Assembly: GCA_951406725.2 (NCBI GenBank)
Contig: OX597824.1
Location: forward strand, 75,144,001 to 75,208,000
Reading direction: 5' to 3'
Length of the DNA stretch: 64,000 bases
Source: Octopus vulgaris
Taxonomy: Eukaryota
The notes beneath the pieces are model-generated. The model had not been told where the DNA came from. It ran no database searches and was given only the letters and a program-made list of their open reading frames with translations. Shown here piece by piece: positions 1 through 13,203 of the stretch. The first letter of the stretch is position 1, and each line of letters starts with the position of its first letter. A program made the position numbers and the translations under genes.

Positions 1-219
1 TATATTAGCATGCCGGGCGAAATGCTTTGTGGTATTTTGTCTGCCGTTACGTTCTGAGTTCAAATTCCACCGAGGTCGACTTTGCCTTTTATCCTTTCGG
101 GGTCGATTAAATAAGTACCAGTTACGCACTGGGGTCGATGTAATCGATGTAATCCGTTTGTCTGTCCTTGTTTGTCCCCTCTGTGTTTAGCCCCTTGTGG
201 GTAATAAAAAAATAAATAG
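1..219 (+). mobile_element. SINE family A (tRNA-derived head, MetaSINE-like core), cut by window edge; second fragment follows to ~345
   Basis: B-box-like GAGTTCAAATTCC, core GTCGACTTTGCCTTT(C)ATCCTTTCGGGGTCGA..AAGTACCAG and tail GCCCCTTGTGGG..AAATAG; more than 25 copies or fragments in the window. Confidence 0.85.
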
Positions 220-869
220 GTATTTTGTCTGCAATTAGGTTTTGAGTTCAAATTCTGCTGAGGCCGGCTTTGCCTTTCATCCTTTCAGGGTCGATAAAAT
301 TCATACCAGTTACATACTGGGATCGATATAATTGACTTAATTCCTTCGTTTCCAGCAGAAAGGATTTGCTAAAATTGAAAAAGTGTGATACACTGACATA
401 CACATTTATTATATTAGATATGTTTAATTTTAGGGAAACTTTATTTCAATTAAAGTGTATTTTATATGTGTGTGTGTATGTATTAAAAAAAGCAAAAAAT
501 AAAACAAATGGCAAATGTAAAAAGAATTCAGTATGTTGGTTCAGTGTTCAGTATGTTGGCCACAGGAATTCCTGTCAAAGAGACATGGTTAAACAAAGTT
601 GTACATTATCTCCCTCTTTCTCTCACAAACCCACTCTTTCTTTCTCTTATTAATTACTCCCACTGCCACCATCAACACTACTACTTTCAATAAAACATCA
701 TCAACTCAACCTAAATTTCTTTGTCTCTCTTTCTCTCCCTCTCTTTTTCTTTCTCTCTCTGTATCTGTCAGTCTTCACCATTGCCCTCACTGTCTCTATG
801 CCTATCTCTATGTGACAGACTGACAGAAATTAGTTTTTGCATTTATTATATCAGATATATGTGTGTATG

Positions 870-906
<37 letters not shown>

Positions 907-907
907 A

Positions 908-947
<40 letters not shown>

Positions 948-950
<3 letters not shown>

Positions 951-1220
951 TCATCATCATTTAACATCCGCTTTCCATCCTAGCATGGGTTGGACGATTT
1001 AACTGAAGTCTCCAATCTTTAACTGAACCAGACTCCAATCTGATCTGGCAGAGTTTCTACAGCTGGATGCCCTTCCTAATGCCAACCACTCCGTGAGTGT
1101 AGTGGGTACTTTTACGTGCCACCGGCACGAGGGCCAGTTTGGTGGTACTGGGAATGACTACGCCCAAATGGTGCTTTTTACATACCACCTGCACAGGAGC
1201 CAGTCCAGCGGCACTGGCGA
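948..1220 (-). mobile_element. RTE-LINE 3'-tail-derived element (family D)
   Basis: (CAT)n tail, CATCCTAGCATGGGTTGGACG and CTGGATGCCCTTCCTAATGCCAACC motifs; a related tail ends the RTE relic at 62030-63272. Confidence 0.75.
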
Positions 1221-1244
1221 TATATATATATGTATGTATGTATG

Positions 1245-1281
<37 letters not shown>

Positions 1282-1699
1282 TCAGTGGATCATAAATCCA
1301 AAAAAGAAGCACAGTCTAAAAGTTAGAAGAATAATGTGTTTACATGAAGTGAAATATATGCCCAGTCATATAATATCCAATGGTTTTGCATCCATAATGT
1401 GCTCAACTTTATAGATGATTTGTCAGACTCCAATGGCCACGGGCATATGACCTCTCTTCAAACTGGAGGTAGAAAACCGTTACAGTCAATTTGTGAACAA
1501 AAAGAATAATATACACTATCTGAACCTTTAACAGAACAAGTGATCTTCCTTAGACTGACCAGATTAGCAAATCTTATGGACCTAAAGGGTGAACATATAA
1601 AGATATATATATTGTGTACTGGGGCATATATTTTACTGTGGTAAAGAAGTTTGTTTCAGAACTACATGCTTCTGAGTTCAATCCTGATCATCTAAATGA

Positions 1700-2465
1700 T
1701 GTTAGGGTACAAATATATGAAACCCAATATACCTATTACGATTACCTGTCTAATGAGGGTAAACCAGGCACATGCATCACAACCATATGTGCATTATATG
1801 GTGACCTTGAAGGCGGCAAGCTGGCAGACATGTTAGCGAGCCAGGTGAAATGCTTAGCAGTATTTCGTCTGTCGTTACGTTCTGAGTTCAAATTCCGCCG
1901 AGGTTGACTTTATCTTTCGTCCTTTCGGGGTCGATAAATAAAGTGCCAGTTTCACACTGGGGTCGATGTAATCAACTTAATCCCTTTGTCTGTCCTTGTT
2001 TGTCCCCTCTATGTTTAGCCCTTTATGGGCAATAAAGAAATATATATGGTGACCTTGTTTCAAGATGAATGGTGCATGAGCTTGCAGGTGAGGTCCAGTT
2101 AGAATTCTATGCAGGTCAAATAGCCAAACTCCCTCAAAAGGTCCCTGAATAAGGGTTGTCTAAGGATCATGAATGAAACACCCATGTTTCGAAAGGTGAA
2201 TTATTCAAACCCCAAAGAATCCCTCTCAACACACGACTATGATGCTTTCCTACTAATGCTTATGATCAGAGATGCTCATATCATTAGCCACTAAGGGTCA
2301 AGCTCAACTGGTTAAAATAAAAATGACAATCAAATCTGTGGTATTGAGCAGAATATTTGCAGTAGCCCATCTTTTACACCAAGATAAAACACGTACATGA
2401 TAACACTTCCAGTCAGTTACGATCAGAAGCAATGAGAGCCACTGTCTGGTACTGCATCAGGGTAT
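1700..2465 (-). mobile_element. ~550-bp non-autonomous repeat (family E), interrupted by a SINE A
   Basis: Reverse-complement match to 18540-19100; SINE A at 1810-2042 splits it. Confidence 0.75.
1810..2042 (+). mobile_element. SINE family A, full length with TSD
   Basis: 15-bp target duplication TATATGGTGACCTTG at 1795-1809 and 2043-2057. Confidence 0.9.
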
Positions 2466-2467
2466 TA

Positions 2468-3430
2468 AGGTAGCGGATTGGCAGAACCATTAGCATGCTG
2501 GGCAAAATGCTTAGTGACATTTTATTTGTCTTTATATTCTTAGTTCAAATTCTGTCAAAGTTGACTTTGTTTCTCATCCCTTCAGGGTCGATAAAATATG
2601 TACCACTAATACAAAAAGGTTGATGTAATCAACTACACAACGCCCTAAAATTTCAGGCCTTGTGCTGATAGTAGAAAAGATTATTGTTATTATCAAAAAT
2701 CAAAATTGAAATCGAAATCGAATTGAACCAGCCAGGATCCCTGGTCTGGTGGTACGTAAAAAGCACTAGCCTCACCTGGCACCTGTGCAGGTGACACGTA
2801 AAAAGCACCCACTACACTCACGGAGTGGTTGGCGTTAGGAAGGGCATCCAGCTGTAGAAACATTGCCAGATTAGACTGGAGCCTGGTGCAGCCTTCTGGC
2901 TTCCCAGATCCCCGGTCGAACCGTCCAACCCATGCTAGCATGGAGAACGGACGTTAAACGATGATGATGATTATTATTAGGCAGTGAGCTGGCAAAATTG
3001 TTAGCATGCCGGGATAAATGCTTAGCAGTATTTTGTCTGCTACTACGTTCTGAGTTCAAATTCCACTGAGATCGACTTTGCCTTTCATCCTTTTGGGGTC
3101 GATAAATTAGATACCCGTCAAGTATTGGGGTCAATGGGGATCGATTGTCTCCTTCCCTACAAAAATTCAGGCCTTATGCCTATAGTAGAAAGGTTTATTA
3201 TCATTATTAGGCAGTGAGCTGGCAGAATCGTTAGCTTGTCGGGCTCTATGCTTAGTAGGATTTTGTCTCTGCTGCTATGTTCTGAGTTCAAATTCCGTTG
3301 AAGTTGACTTTGCCTTTCATCCTTTCGGGGTTGATAAATTAAGAACCACTGAAACACTGGGGTCAATATAATAAACTAGTCCCCTCCCACTCCAAATTTC
3401 AGATTTTGTGCTTTTAGTAGAAAGGATTAT
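2468..3430 (+). mobile_element. Cluster of three SINE A variants and one family D element (2715-2970)
   Basis: Repeated GAGCTGGCAGAA..GAGTTCAAATT..GCCTTTCATCCTT units; the D element ends GGACGTTAAAC(GAT)n. Confidence 0.75.
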
Positions 3431-3443
3431 TATTATTATTATT

Positions 3444-3616
3444 ATTGAGTGAAAGAGCAGTGCATGCCATCAAAGTGACACTGGGGTAAAACATACAAAG
3501 CCCAGTATACCCATCATGACTACCTGTCTGATAAGGGTACATCAGGCACATGCATCACAACCATCTGTGCGCGACATGGTGATCTCATACCAAGATAAAC
3601 AGTGCAGGTGGGGCCC

Positions 3617-3700
<84 letters not shown>
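3444..3700 (-). mobile_element. Family E fragment flanked by (TTA)n
   Basis: Reverse-complement match to 18915-19100, followed by a long (ATT)n tract. Confidence 0.7.
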
Positions 3701-3702
<2 letters not shown>

Positions 3703-4019
3703 GTATTCATGTGTTTATATAAAACTTAATATTCCTAGGTTTGGTTTCTCACCTTCAAAGTATATCTCATTATTCATTTATATATGAGGTCCTGAATGCA
3801 ATTGATTCTATGTACTTGAATGCATTATTAAACAAATGTAAATTGCATTTTAATGGCTCCAAGGTAGCAACAGGATGTTGCAGACACACTTAGCTCTAAG
3901 TTCCCTGCTTCTTATAACAGAGACAGCTGTAAGCTAATGAAGGTAATCACAGTGATTACGTGACTCCTGTTCACCTGTCATTCATTAATTGATATGTGTG
4001 TGTGTGTGTGTGTGCATCC

Positions 4020-5190
4020 TCATCATTATCATCTTCATCATCATCGTTTAACGTCTGCCTTCCATGCTAGCATGGATGGAACGGTTTCACAAGAGCTGGC
4101 CAGGCAGAATCTTGCACCAGACTTCTGTGACTGTTTTGGCAGGATTTTTACAGCTGGATGCTCTCCCTAACACCGACCAATCAGCAGAGTGGACTTAGTG
4201 CTTTTTACGTGACACACACAGACAAAGTCAGTTTTGGCAAGGTTTTTACAGCTGGATGCCCTTCTGAACATCAACCACTTTACAGTGTGGACTGGGTGCT
4301 TTTAAGCGGCACCTGCACTGACAGGGTCACCAAGTACTTGCAAGACCAACTTGGTCACCAAGATAATGGAAGCTATCTACTACCTCTAGCTTACCTCACC
4401 TGGCAGTTGATGGAGTCTATTTTCTGTACGTTTTCAGCATTTATTGTACCTGTGCATCTTCTACATACAAAAGCTAGTTTCCCTGTTAACCTTCATTTGA
4501 TATTGCTGCACCTCTTATGTGTTCAAAGCTCACACCGGGTGCATCTTATGGAGTTTCTACCTACGCCTTTTCTACAGATTTCTAATTTGCCTGCCTTCCT
4601 ACTTACTAAGACTTTAGTTTTTGCTAGGTTAAACTCTAAGGCCCTTTGATTCTAGACCGTGCTTCCATACCTGAAGCTTCTTCTCTAGTTCTAGTAATGA
4701 TTCAGCCATAAAAGCAAGGTCATCAGCATAGAGGAGCTCCCAGGGGCAGCCTGTCTTAAATTCTTCTGTTATTGCTTGGAGGACTATGACGGACAACATG
4801 GGGCTGAGGATTGATCCTTGGTGAATCCCTAGTTGTACTCTGAATTCTTCACTGTACTTGTTGCCAACCCTCACCTTACTGGTAATGTCCTTGTACATGG
4901 CTTGTACAGCTCTCACCAACTACTTGTCTATTCCTAGTTTCCACATTCACCACCAGATAAGCGATTGAGGAGACCCTGTCAAAGACTTTCTTCAGGTCAA
5001 CAAAAGCCAAGTACAGAGGTTTATCTTTGGCTATGTATTTCTCCTCAAACTGCCTTACCAGAAATATAGCATCAGTGGTGCTTCTCCCTGACACAAAACC
5101 AAACTGCATCGCATCTAGACTAACTCTCTCCCTAATTAGTTTGACTCTGGCTCTCTCTGTAACTTTCCATCAATTTCCAACAATTTGATG
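4020..5190 (-). mobile_element. Degenerate RTE-clade LINE (RT domain plus 3' tail)
   Basis: MQFGFVSGRSTTDAIF, LAFVDLKKVFDRV, GIHQGSILSP and LLYADDL in ORFs 4876-5109 and 4629-4919; frameshifted. Confidence 0.9.
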
Positions 5191-5581
5191 CCACACTGGA
5201 AATAGCAGCCAAAACTTTATATAAATTTTATATTTATTTCATCATTGTATTTACTGCGGTGCTGTTTTGACCATATCGCACAAGGAGTTATAGGTGGGCA
5301 ATTTAAACTGGTTGTGTGCATACGTGCATATATATATATATGTATACGTTCGTATATGTAAGTATTCATATGCTATATGTATATATGTGCATTTATGCTA
5401 TTATCTGTGTATATTCCACTGATAAGGCAAAGCATTTCTTATGCAAAGCCAGAAATCCGGGATCTGGAATTATCCAGTAATTTTTTGATAGTTTATTTTG
5501 TCCTTTTGTCTTCTCTCCTGGTGCTGCATGAACATTTAATGTGGTTTTAGAGTCAAGTTTTGGCTGCTATTTCCAGTGTGG
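5191..5581 (+). mobile_element. Small element bounded by a perfect 27-bp inverted repeat, probably Penelope-terminal derived
   Basis: CCACACTGGAAATAGCAGCCAAAACTT at 5191-5217 and its exact reverse complement at 5555-5581. Confidence 0.65.
5413..5470 (+). ncRNA. Degenerate type I hammerhead-ribozyme-like fold
   Basis: Stem I ATTCCA/TGGAAT; core CTGATAA (G8 lost); stem II GGC..GCC; AGAAA; stem III TCC-G-GGA; ATC cleavage triplet. Confidence 0.5.
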
Positions 5582-5689
5582 AGGTATCTCTTAGATACTC
5601 TAAATTATAATTTTAATAATAATTATTACCTTTGAAGGTTTTTATTTCCATACTGGCCACTTGATAAGATTGATATTTAAATTAATGAT

Positions 5690-6227
<538 letters not shown>

Positions 6228-6275
6228 CATATATAAATATAACACATATAACACATACACACGCACACACATATA

Positions 6276-7150
6276 TAGGGTTGTCAGAATTTGTTCTTTT
6301 CTTTGCAATGGTATTTAAATTAAAACAAAAAATATTTCTATCATAGTATTTTCTATCGTGTTTTTCCTAGAGGTATTCTTCCTCCATAATTATTTGTTTA
6401 TTGTTTTCGAAATTTGAATAAATTTTTCCTCTTTTCAGACATGACAATGGAATGTCAAGTATTAAAAATTTGAACATTTTCAACATCTGCTTCTTATTGC
6501 TTTTTACCAAAGTTCCAATGTTGACAAAGCCACTTGAGACATTTGTCATGTGTATGGTGAAAATGCTATTATTGAAAGAACTATACAGAAATGGTTTGGA
6601 CACATCGAAGTGGAAAAATTCAACCTTACAGACTTTCCACTTTACAGCTGACCTGTTGTGTTCATTGAGAATCAATTGAAGAATTTTATCCACGAGGATC
6701 CAAGCCGGTACACTCAGGAATTGGCCCAACAGATGGAATGTTCTCATGATACTGTCACCCACCACTTTCACTCAGTGGGTATAATGTCCAAAATCTTGGA
6801 AATCCAGCTGAAATAATCTGACCAGTGAGACAACATGCGTCTTCAACACCACAATGTTTCCTCCACATCACAAATTTAATCAAAAATGCCATTCAAGAGC
6901 CTGAAGTTCTACCAGATCCACCAAATTCTTGAAATATAAAGCTTTCAGATTATCACCTCTTTCACTTGCTCCCCAACGGTTTGTGAGGTGTCTTGTTCAG
7001 CAACAACAGGGAGGTGAAAACATGGCTCAATGAATTCCTCAGATCAAGACCCTGAGAATTCTGTCATCTAGTGCAACTTAAACTGGTTGTAATGAATACA
7101 AATTAATAATTTTAATGTTTTTAGTGTTATATTTACTCATGTGCGTTTTA
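6276..7150 (+). mobile_element. Decayed, internally deleted mariner transposon
   Basis: HTH remnant ICHVYGENAIIERTIQKWF..ELAQQMECSH; SDYHLF remnant near 6945-6965; TIR-like TAGGGTTGTCAGAA. Confidence 0.75.
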
Positions 7151-7159
7151 TGAAACTAT

Positions 7160-7520
7160 ATATAATATATGTATATAAATCAGAGAACCACCACGTAGCA
7201 ATTCAACAATGATATAATTAAATCATACCATAGATAAAAAAATTTAAGATACAATAAAACATTTAAATAGAACTAAATGTGTAGTCTATTTACTAATTAT
7301 ATACTATTCATTTATTAATTCGTACTTTATTTAGTTCTCGGTAAATGTTTTATCGTATCTTTAATTGTTTTCTATATGGTATGATATAAGTATATCATTG
7401 TTGAATTGCTACATGGTGGTTCTTCTCTAATTTATATACATGTATTATATTTTGTGAAATTTGATTTAGTTTTACTAAATTGAATTTTTCCCTGTAAGTT
7501 TGGAATCATATTCCCTAATA
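7160..7520. repeat. Foldback repeat with ~120-bp arms
   Basis: 7160-7279 is the approximate reverse complement of 7329-7450; the adjoining sequence recurs at 28117-28195. Confidence 0.75.
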
Positions 7521-7802
7521 TATATATATATATTTACGAGATTATTTATTAATTACTATGGTCATATTGACTCATGAGGTATCAGTCCCTCATGGGTGAA
7601 ATGCTGTAGTTGTGGTGCATCAATGGTGCAGACAAGTCTTGTCAGGTGACTTATCAAAATGTACCTCATTTTTTAAATCTCTGTTTTGCTTATTTCCATC
7701 AAGATACATTTTGGTAGTTGTCTGTAGTTGCTTGCATACACAAAAAACACGAGTTGAAATGAATTTAGATATTATTACTCACATACACACACACACACAC
7801 AA

Positions 7803-8700
7803 TATTTAACCCCCAATCTATAGAACTGTCCTATTCTACCACAGCCAACATTGCTGGAGTTATCCAACATCTTAACAACAAGAAACTTAGAAATCCACAA
7901 CCAGCTAACCTCCACCCTAAAAAGTTAACTCAAAATAACCCCCAGCTCCATACCCAAAACACCAACTGACCTCCTTAGCAACACTAACCCTCATAATTCT
8001 AACTATAATTGCACTGCTAACACCTGATCCTTAAATTTACCACAACACCCAACAATACTTCCTGTAAAAATAGAGAACAACACAGAGGATACCACCAGAC
8101 ACAATAACTATCTTATCATACAACTCCACAACACCACCCTCAACTCCTTAATAATACTAATCTTAACACAAGCAATAATAATGAACATAACACTGATTCC
8201 TCACTAAATAACAATTCCCCACAGGTTTATCTGGAACACCCCCTACAAACCAATGCAGCTTCAGACACCCAATCTCCTGCCCTTTAGATAACTACTGTTT
8301 CACAAAAAACATAGCTTATAGGTGCACAGTATTAACTGATAACTGTAACTACATTTATATTGGCTCATGTAGCATCACTTTCAAAGCTAGAATGAACAAC
8401 CACTACTCCAGCTTCAAGTCACAAGCAAAAATCCAACAGTACATCATTATCCCAACTTATCAGTAAACTAACTCTTGATTCAACTCCTTACACTCTCAAG
8501 AGGTCCATATTCACCCACGCCAAACCTTACAGCAGTTATAATAACAAGTGTGATCTCTGCATAGCCGAGGTCTTGGCTATTCTGCAATCCATGGATTGTC
8601 TTAATGAACGCAGCTGTATAATATTCACCTGCAAACATTGGTCACTAAATCTATTCTCAAAATACAAATAATTACCTCACCATGCTCTTTCACCCTAACC
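7803..8700 (+). mobile_element. Penelope-like element, 3' part (linker plus GIY-YIG endonuclease), degenerate
   Basis: IFNPQSIELSYSTTANI; KNIAYRCTV..YIYIGSCSITFKARMNNHYSSFK; KPYSSYNNKCDLCIAE. Confidence 0.8.
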
Positions 8701-9209
8701 TTCATAAATTTCCCTCTTATCCACCCTCACTACCACTATGTAATAAATAAACCAACAACATTTCTCCCCTTTAATTCATTTATTGTCAATTACACACTTC
8801 TCCGTATTTTTCTTCACCATTAAAAAAAAATTTTACTTCATTTTTATTTCAATTGCCTCCCCACTCTCTCCATAAACTTACAAGTACATACGCCAACATA
8901 GACCTCCACCACTTCATATCATAAACATGCTGATCACACACTATATAGTCCTCTATTGACAAAACTTATAGTAGCCGCCACAATTCTTCTCCTCTCTTTC
9001 TTACTCTCTTTATGTATGTACATTTTCTTTCTCCCCATTGACTAAAAACATTTTCCCACCCTCTCCCCTCCATTTATGTATATATTTATATATATATATA
9101 TATATACACGCACATTTTTTTATACTTTTATTCTTTTACTTGTTTCAGTGATTTGACTGTGGCCATGCTGGAGCACCACCTTTAGTCGAACAATTCAACC
9201 CCAGAACTT

Positions 9210-9785
9210 ATCGAGATTGAGAGAATCAACCATTCTAAATTAAATTGTTCATTATGGTCTTTTAGATCCCAAATTAATTTACTGAGCCCTGTACTATTAC
9301 ATTTATTCCTATCCCTAAATGTTGAGTAATGGATAGAAATTCTTCTAGATGACTGTAACGACGTGCTTCCAATGTAAAATCTTACTTTATTATGGGTACT
9401 TATTTTACACTGGTATATAGAATTTTTTAATTTTTGAGTTACTTGACATAAAACTTAATTCTGTTGGAATTGACTTCAGATACAATAACCTTGTTATCAA
9501 TATTTCTAGAGGGATGGATGTTATTAGCTAAGTTAATGTTAATTTTAGTAAATGTATTAATATTTAACAGGTTGTTATTATGTGAAGAGATAATTTGTAA
9601 GAGATTTTTTGTGTTGGAAAAACCAATTCTAACCGTATGTGAATTGATAATAGAGTAATACGTAGAATTCTTTGCAAAATTCCTCATAATAGCTTCATGA
9701 AACAGCGATGGGAGATTAGATTTAATTTGTCTCCTGTATGGAAGAATTGACCAAATATTTTTATTACTACTTATCTTATTTTTAG
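9210..9785 (-). mobile_element. Second Penelope-like fragment (GIY-YIG)
   Basis: IINSHTVRIGFSNTKNLLQIISSHN (ORF 9439-9867); KNSIYQCKISTHNKVRFYIGST. Confidence 0.75.
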
Positions 9786-9789
9786 TGTA

Positions 9790-10398
9790 ATTGGAGAGAG
9801 AGACTGGAAGTGGTTCTATGGGTGGGAGAAGGAAGAGGGAGGTAATGAAAGGGTGGGGGTGTAGCATGTGCTTGTTCTGCTCTCAGGTGATTAGGGTAGT
9901 TAGAGAAGCGATGAATGCTAGGGGATGAGGTGTGGAGGAAATGCTTGATGAGGTGGAGAGAATGGAGATGGGGCAGAGCCTTGCATGTACAAGCATTTAC
10001 TGAGGTGATATTAATATATGAATTCTGAAGAGGTGGACAGGTTCTCTTGAGCACAGCAGAATGCCAGCCACCTTGGTCCTTTGTCATTTCCTCCATAAGG
10101 CTCAGTGTCTTGACATCAGCCTTCAGTACTTCATCATCTCATGTCTTCCTGGGTCTCCCACTTCCACAAATTCCATCCACTTTAAGTGACCAGCCCTTCT
10201 TTATGCAACTTTCCTTGTCCATATGCATCACAAGACCAAACCAGCACACAACATCCAATTCTTCTTATGCCCAACTTTTCTCTCACTACTCCCTTGTACA
10301 TGTACACAGACATTACACATCAAACAGAGCATACTAGCTTCATTCCCCTATAGTCTTTGCATGTCTCCTGCACTTAGGCCCCACATTTCACTACCATG
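9790..10398 (-). mobile_element. Degenerate RTE LINE 3' end and UTR
   Basis: Remnant VDGICGSGRPRKT; ORF 9782-10096 begins EEMTKDQGGWHSAVLKRT. Confidence 0.65.
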
Positions 10399-10614
10399 TG
10401 ATGGAGAGAGAGACTGGAGGTTGCTTACAGAGGTAAAAGCGCTCCGATTTTTCTCCAACCTATTCTTATTCTATCAGCTATACTTTTAGAAACATTCTCT
10501 TCCCTGTTAATTAGGTCACCTGGGTAACAGGAATTTTCTACTACCTCTAGAGAGGTATATTTCCCATATATCTGTAGACTTTCCTGTGATTCCACTGCAA
10601 CTCTTGTGTCTGTT

Positions 10615-10925
10615 GAAGCACATGGCCTAGTGGTTAGAGCAGCGGACTCGCGGTCGAGGGATCGCGGGTTCGAATCTCAGACTGGGCGATGTGTGTGTGT
10701 TTATGAGTGAAACACGTAAACTCCACGCGGCTCTGGTAGAGGGTAATGGCGAAACTTCTGCTGACTTTTTCGCCACAACTTTCTCTCACTCTTTCCTCCT
10801 GCATCTTGCAGCTCACCTGCGACTGACTGGCGTCCCGTCCAAGTGGGGAACTTATACGCCAAGAAACCAGGAAACCGGCCCTTATGAGCCAGGCGTGGCT
10901 TGAGAAGGAACAAATAACAACAAAT
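10615..10925 (+). mobile_element. SINE family C (tRNA head), with TSD
   Basis: A box TGGCCTAGTGG, B box GGTTCGAATC; TSD TCTTGTGTCTGT; related copy at 34133-34420. Confidence 0.8.
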
Positions 10926-11001
10926 TCTTGTGTCTGTAGCTTGCATTAAAAGCCCAGAATGAAATTCCTGCCTACACATTTCTAACATATTGGGTAAAGC
11001 C

Positions 11002-11340
11002 AGGCATCAAGAAAATTACTTCCACTTATTAGAAATGAATCAGAGAAGTTTGAATGGGAAAAATTCAAGAACTCTCCATGGAGATGACAACTAATTTTTC
11101 CACAAGAAAACACAAAATTTTCTGAACATGTTTTAGCCTGTTTCAATGAAAGTCATCAACATTTTCACCAAGTTTTTTGGCACCTACAAGACGACAACTA
11201 TTTTTAATCTTAAAATGTTGGGTACGTCTGTTAGTGACAGGCATCAAGGAAATTATTTCCCCTTATTAGTAATGGATCGGAGAAGTTTGAATGAGAGAAA
11301 TTCACGAACTTTTCGTGTAGACGATAACCAATATTTGCCA
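11002..11340. repeat. Diverged direct repeat, period ~238 bp
   Basis: GGCATCAAG.AAATTA.TTCC.CTTATTAG.AATG.ATC.GAGAAGTTTGAATG occurs at 11002 and 11240. Confidence 0.65.
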
Positions 11341-11939
11341 ATTTTCTGTAAATGATTTAATCAGTGAATATCAATATTTTCATCAAATATACATACATAC
11401 ATACATTACATACATACATACATACATACTTATATAAATATCTGTCTGTCTGTCACATATTTTTATATATTATATATATTTTTTTACATATATTTTTATA
11501 GAATGAATGTGAGTTCGTTCTTTAATTGGAATTATTTCCAAAGATTTCTAATGTCTTTCCTTCATATTTTACTTTTGAATTTACTTATATAAATTTATAC
11601 AGGTATGAAAACTTGCATAGAAATAATCAGTATATGATTTAACTTATTAATCACACAGTTCAACAAATTCATTCATATTTATGTAATGGAGGAGATTAAA
11701 TGTTAAAATGGATTATAGTTTTTATTTTTCATGTTGCTATACAATTTGTTTCATACAAAAAGACTCAGGTATTCATAAACAGAAAATTGTAATAGTCATA
11801 TTTGTACTCTCAGTAGCTGATATAAAAGTGAAAAAAGACGTTAGAAGTACATAGATTTTCTCTTAGTTATCATTTTAGGATTAATGTATTCATTCTTGCA
11901 GTCATGCTTGTTTGAATCAAGACTAAAAAATATATATTA

Positions 11940-12334
11940 ACTAGCAGTATTGCCCAGCATTGCTCGGGTTTGTTTTGAACCTTTAGAATTGGAATTTTTG
12001 AAAAGTAAAAATTTTGCATTATGTAGCTTGTTATTCTCTTTAAGTGAATCTTTTTCTGGTTGAAATACACCAAAAAATGGCGACACAGCAGTAAAAAAAA
12101 TCGTAAAAAATAGGGATTTTCATAGAAAAAAAGCACTGTTTTGATGTAAATAATTTTTGTTGTTAACATGGTCCGATTTGAATTTTTTATTCTAGGGAAG
12201 GAAGAGCAAGCCTTCTTCTATCATACTCTCAATTTTGGTCAATTTGTGCCGCATGGTCTCGGAGGAGATAGTGTTAGTTGAAAGCTACCAAACCTGCCAT
12301 ACACAGACAACTTCAGCTTTATATATAGAGAGAT
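11940..12334 (-). mobile_element. Non-autonomous Helitron
   Basis: Minus strand starts TC(TC)TATATATAAAG and ends with a CCCGAGCAAYGCYGGG hairpin plus CTAG, at an A^T site; four copies in the window. Confidence 0.85.
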
Positions 12335-12414
12335 TTGGGTGCTAATATATGTAATATTAAAAACTGACATTCTCTCTATGAAATCCTATGTGTGTGTCTA
12401 TTTAAAAAAAAATA

Positions 12415-12665
12415 TTTGTGCCTTTTTAAAGCCTAGCCAGGCTCATGGGCCCGGTTTCCCGGTTTCAATGGCATATGTGTTCCCCAGCTGGATGAGACGC
12501 CAATCCATTGCAGCATTACTCATTTTTGCCAGCTGATTGGACAGGAGCAACGTGAAATGAAGTGTTTTGCTCAAGAACACAATGCGTCGCCCGGTCCAGG
12601 AATCGAAACCACAGTCTTATGATTATAATGCTGACACCCTAACCACTAAGCCACACACCTCCATG
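12415..12665 (-). mobile_element. SINE family C variant
   Basis: Reverse complement of a TGGCTTAGTGGTTAGGG..TTCGATTCC head and TTCTTGAGCAAAACACTT; copy at 30039-30280. Confidence 0.8.
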
Positions 12666-13203
12666 TGTGTCTATTTAAAGCTCCTTAAATGAATTATGTT
12701 ACTGGTCAGACTGTATCTATATGTACGATGATGAATCCCAAATAAGGATGTGAATGAATTTTCAAATACAAATTTAGTTTTTACTTAACCGTCAGTTATC
12801 CCTTCGACTTGAGAAATTTTTAAAAAATTGGTTTTTAAAAGTATTCAATGCTTTGCAGCATTTTATCCGTCTTTGTGTTCTGAGTTTAAATTCCACTGAG
12901 GTCAATTTTGTTTTTCATTCTTTCAGGATCAACAAAATAAATACCAGTTGAGTACAAGGGTCAAAGTGATCAACTTGTCCCCTCTCCCGAGATTGCTGGC
13001 CTTGTGCCAAACTTTGAGAGGATTATTAGTATAAGCATTGAGGTGGCAAGCTGGTAGAATGCTTAGCAGCATTTCGTTTGTCTTTACATTCTGAGTGGAG
13101 AAGTGAAACTTATAATGCATGGATAACTGCTAGTCATCCTCAGAAGTCTTACCCAGGTTGTATATTCATGTGTGGAGACACAGTTAAATTTTATTTCCTA
13201 TAG

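Noticed and set aside
1415-1468. Possible 54-nt plus-strand exon (DLSDSNGHGHMTSLQTG) between TAG and GTAGAA
   Set aside because: Weak polypyrimidine tract and donor, no recognisable peptide and no partner exon.
10615-10690. tRNA-like sequences with A and B boxes (also 45037 and 57630-57707)
   Set aside because: They continue into SINE bodies and lack a proper cloverleaf, so they are SINE heads rather than tRNA genes.
10397-10990. Possible solo LTR (TGTGATGG...ACA) with a nested SINE
   Set aside because: No TSD or second copy found, so it cannot be supported.
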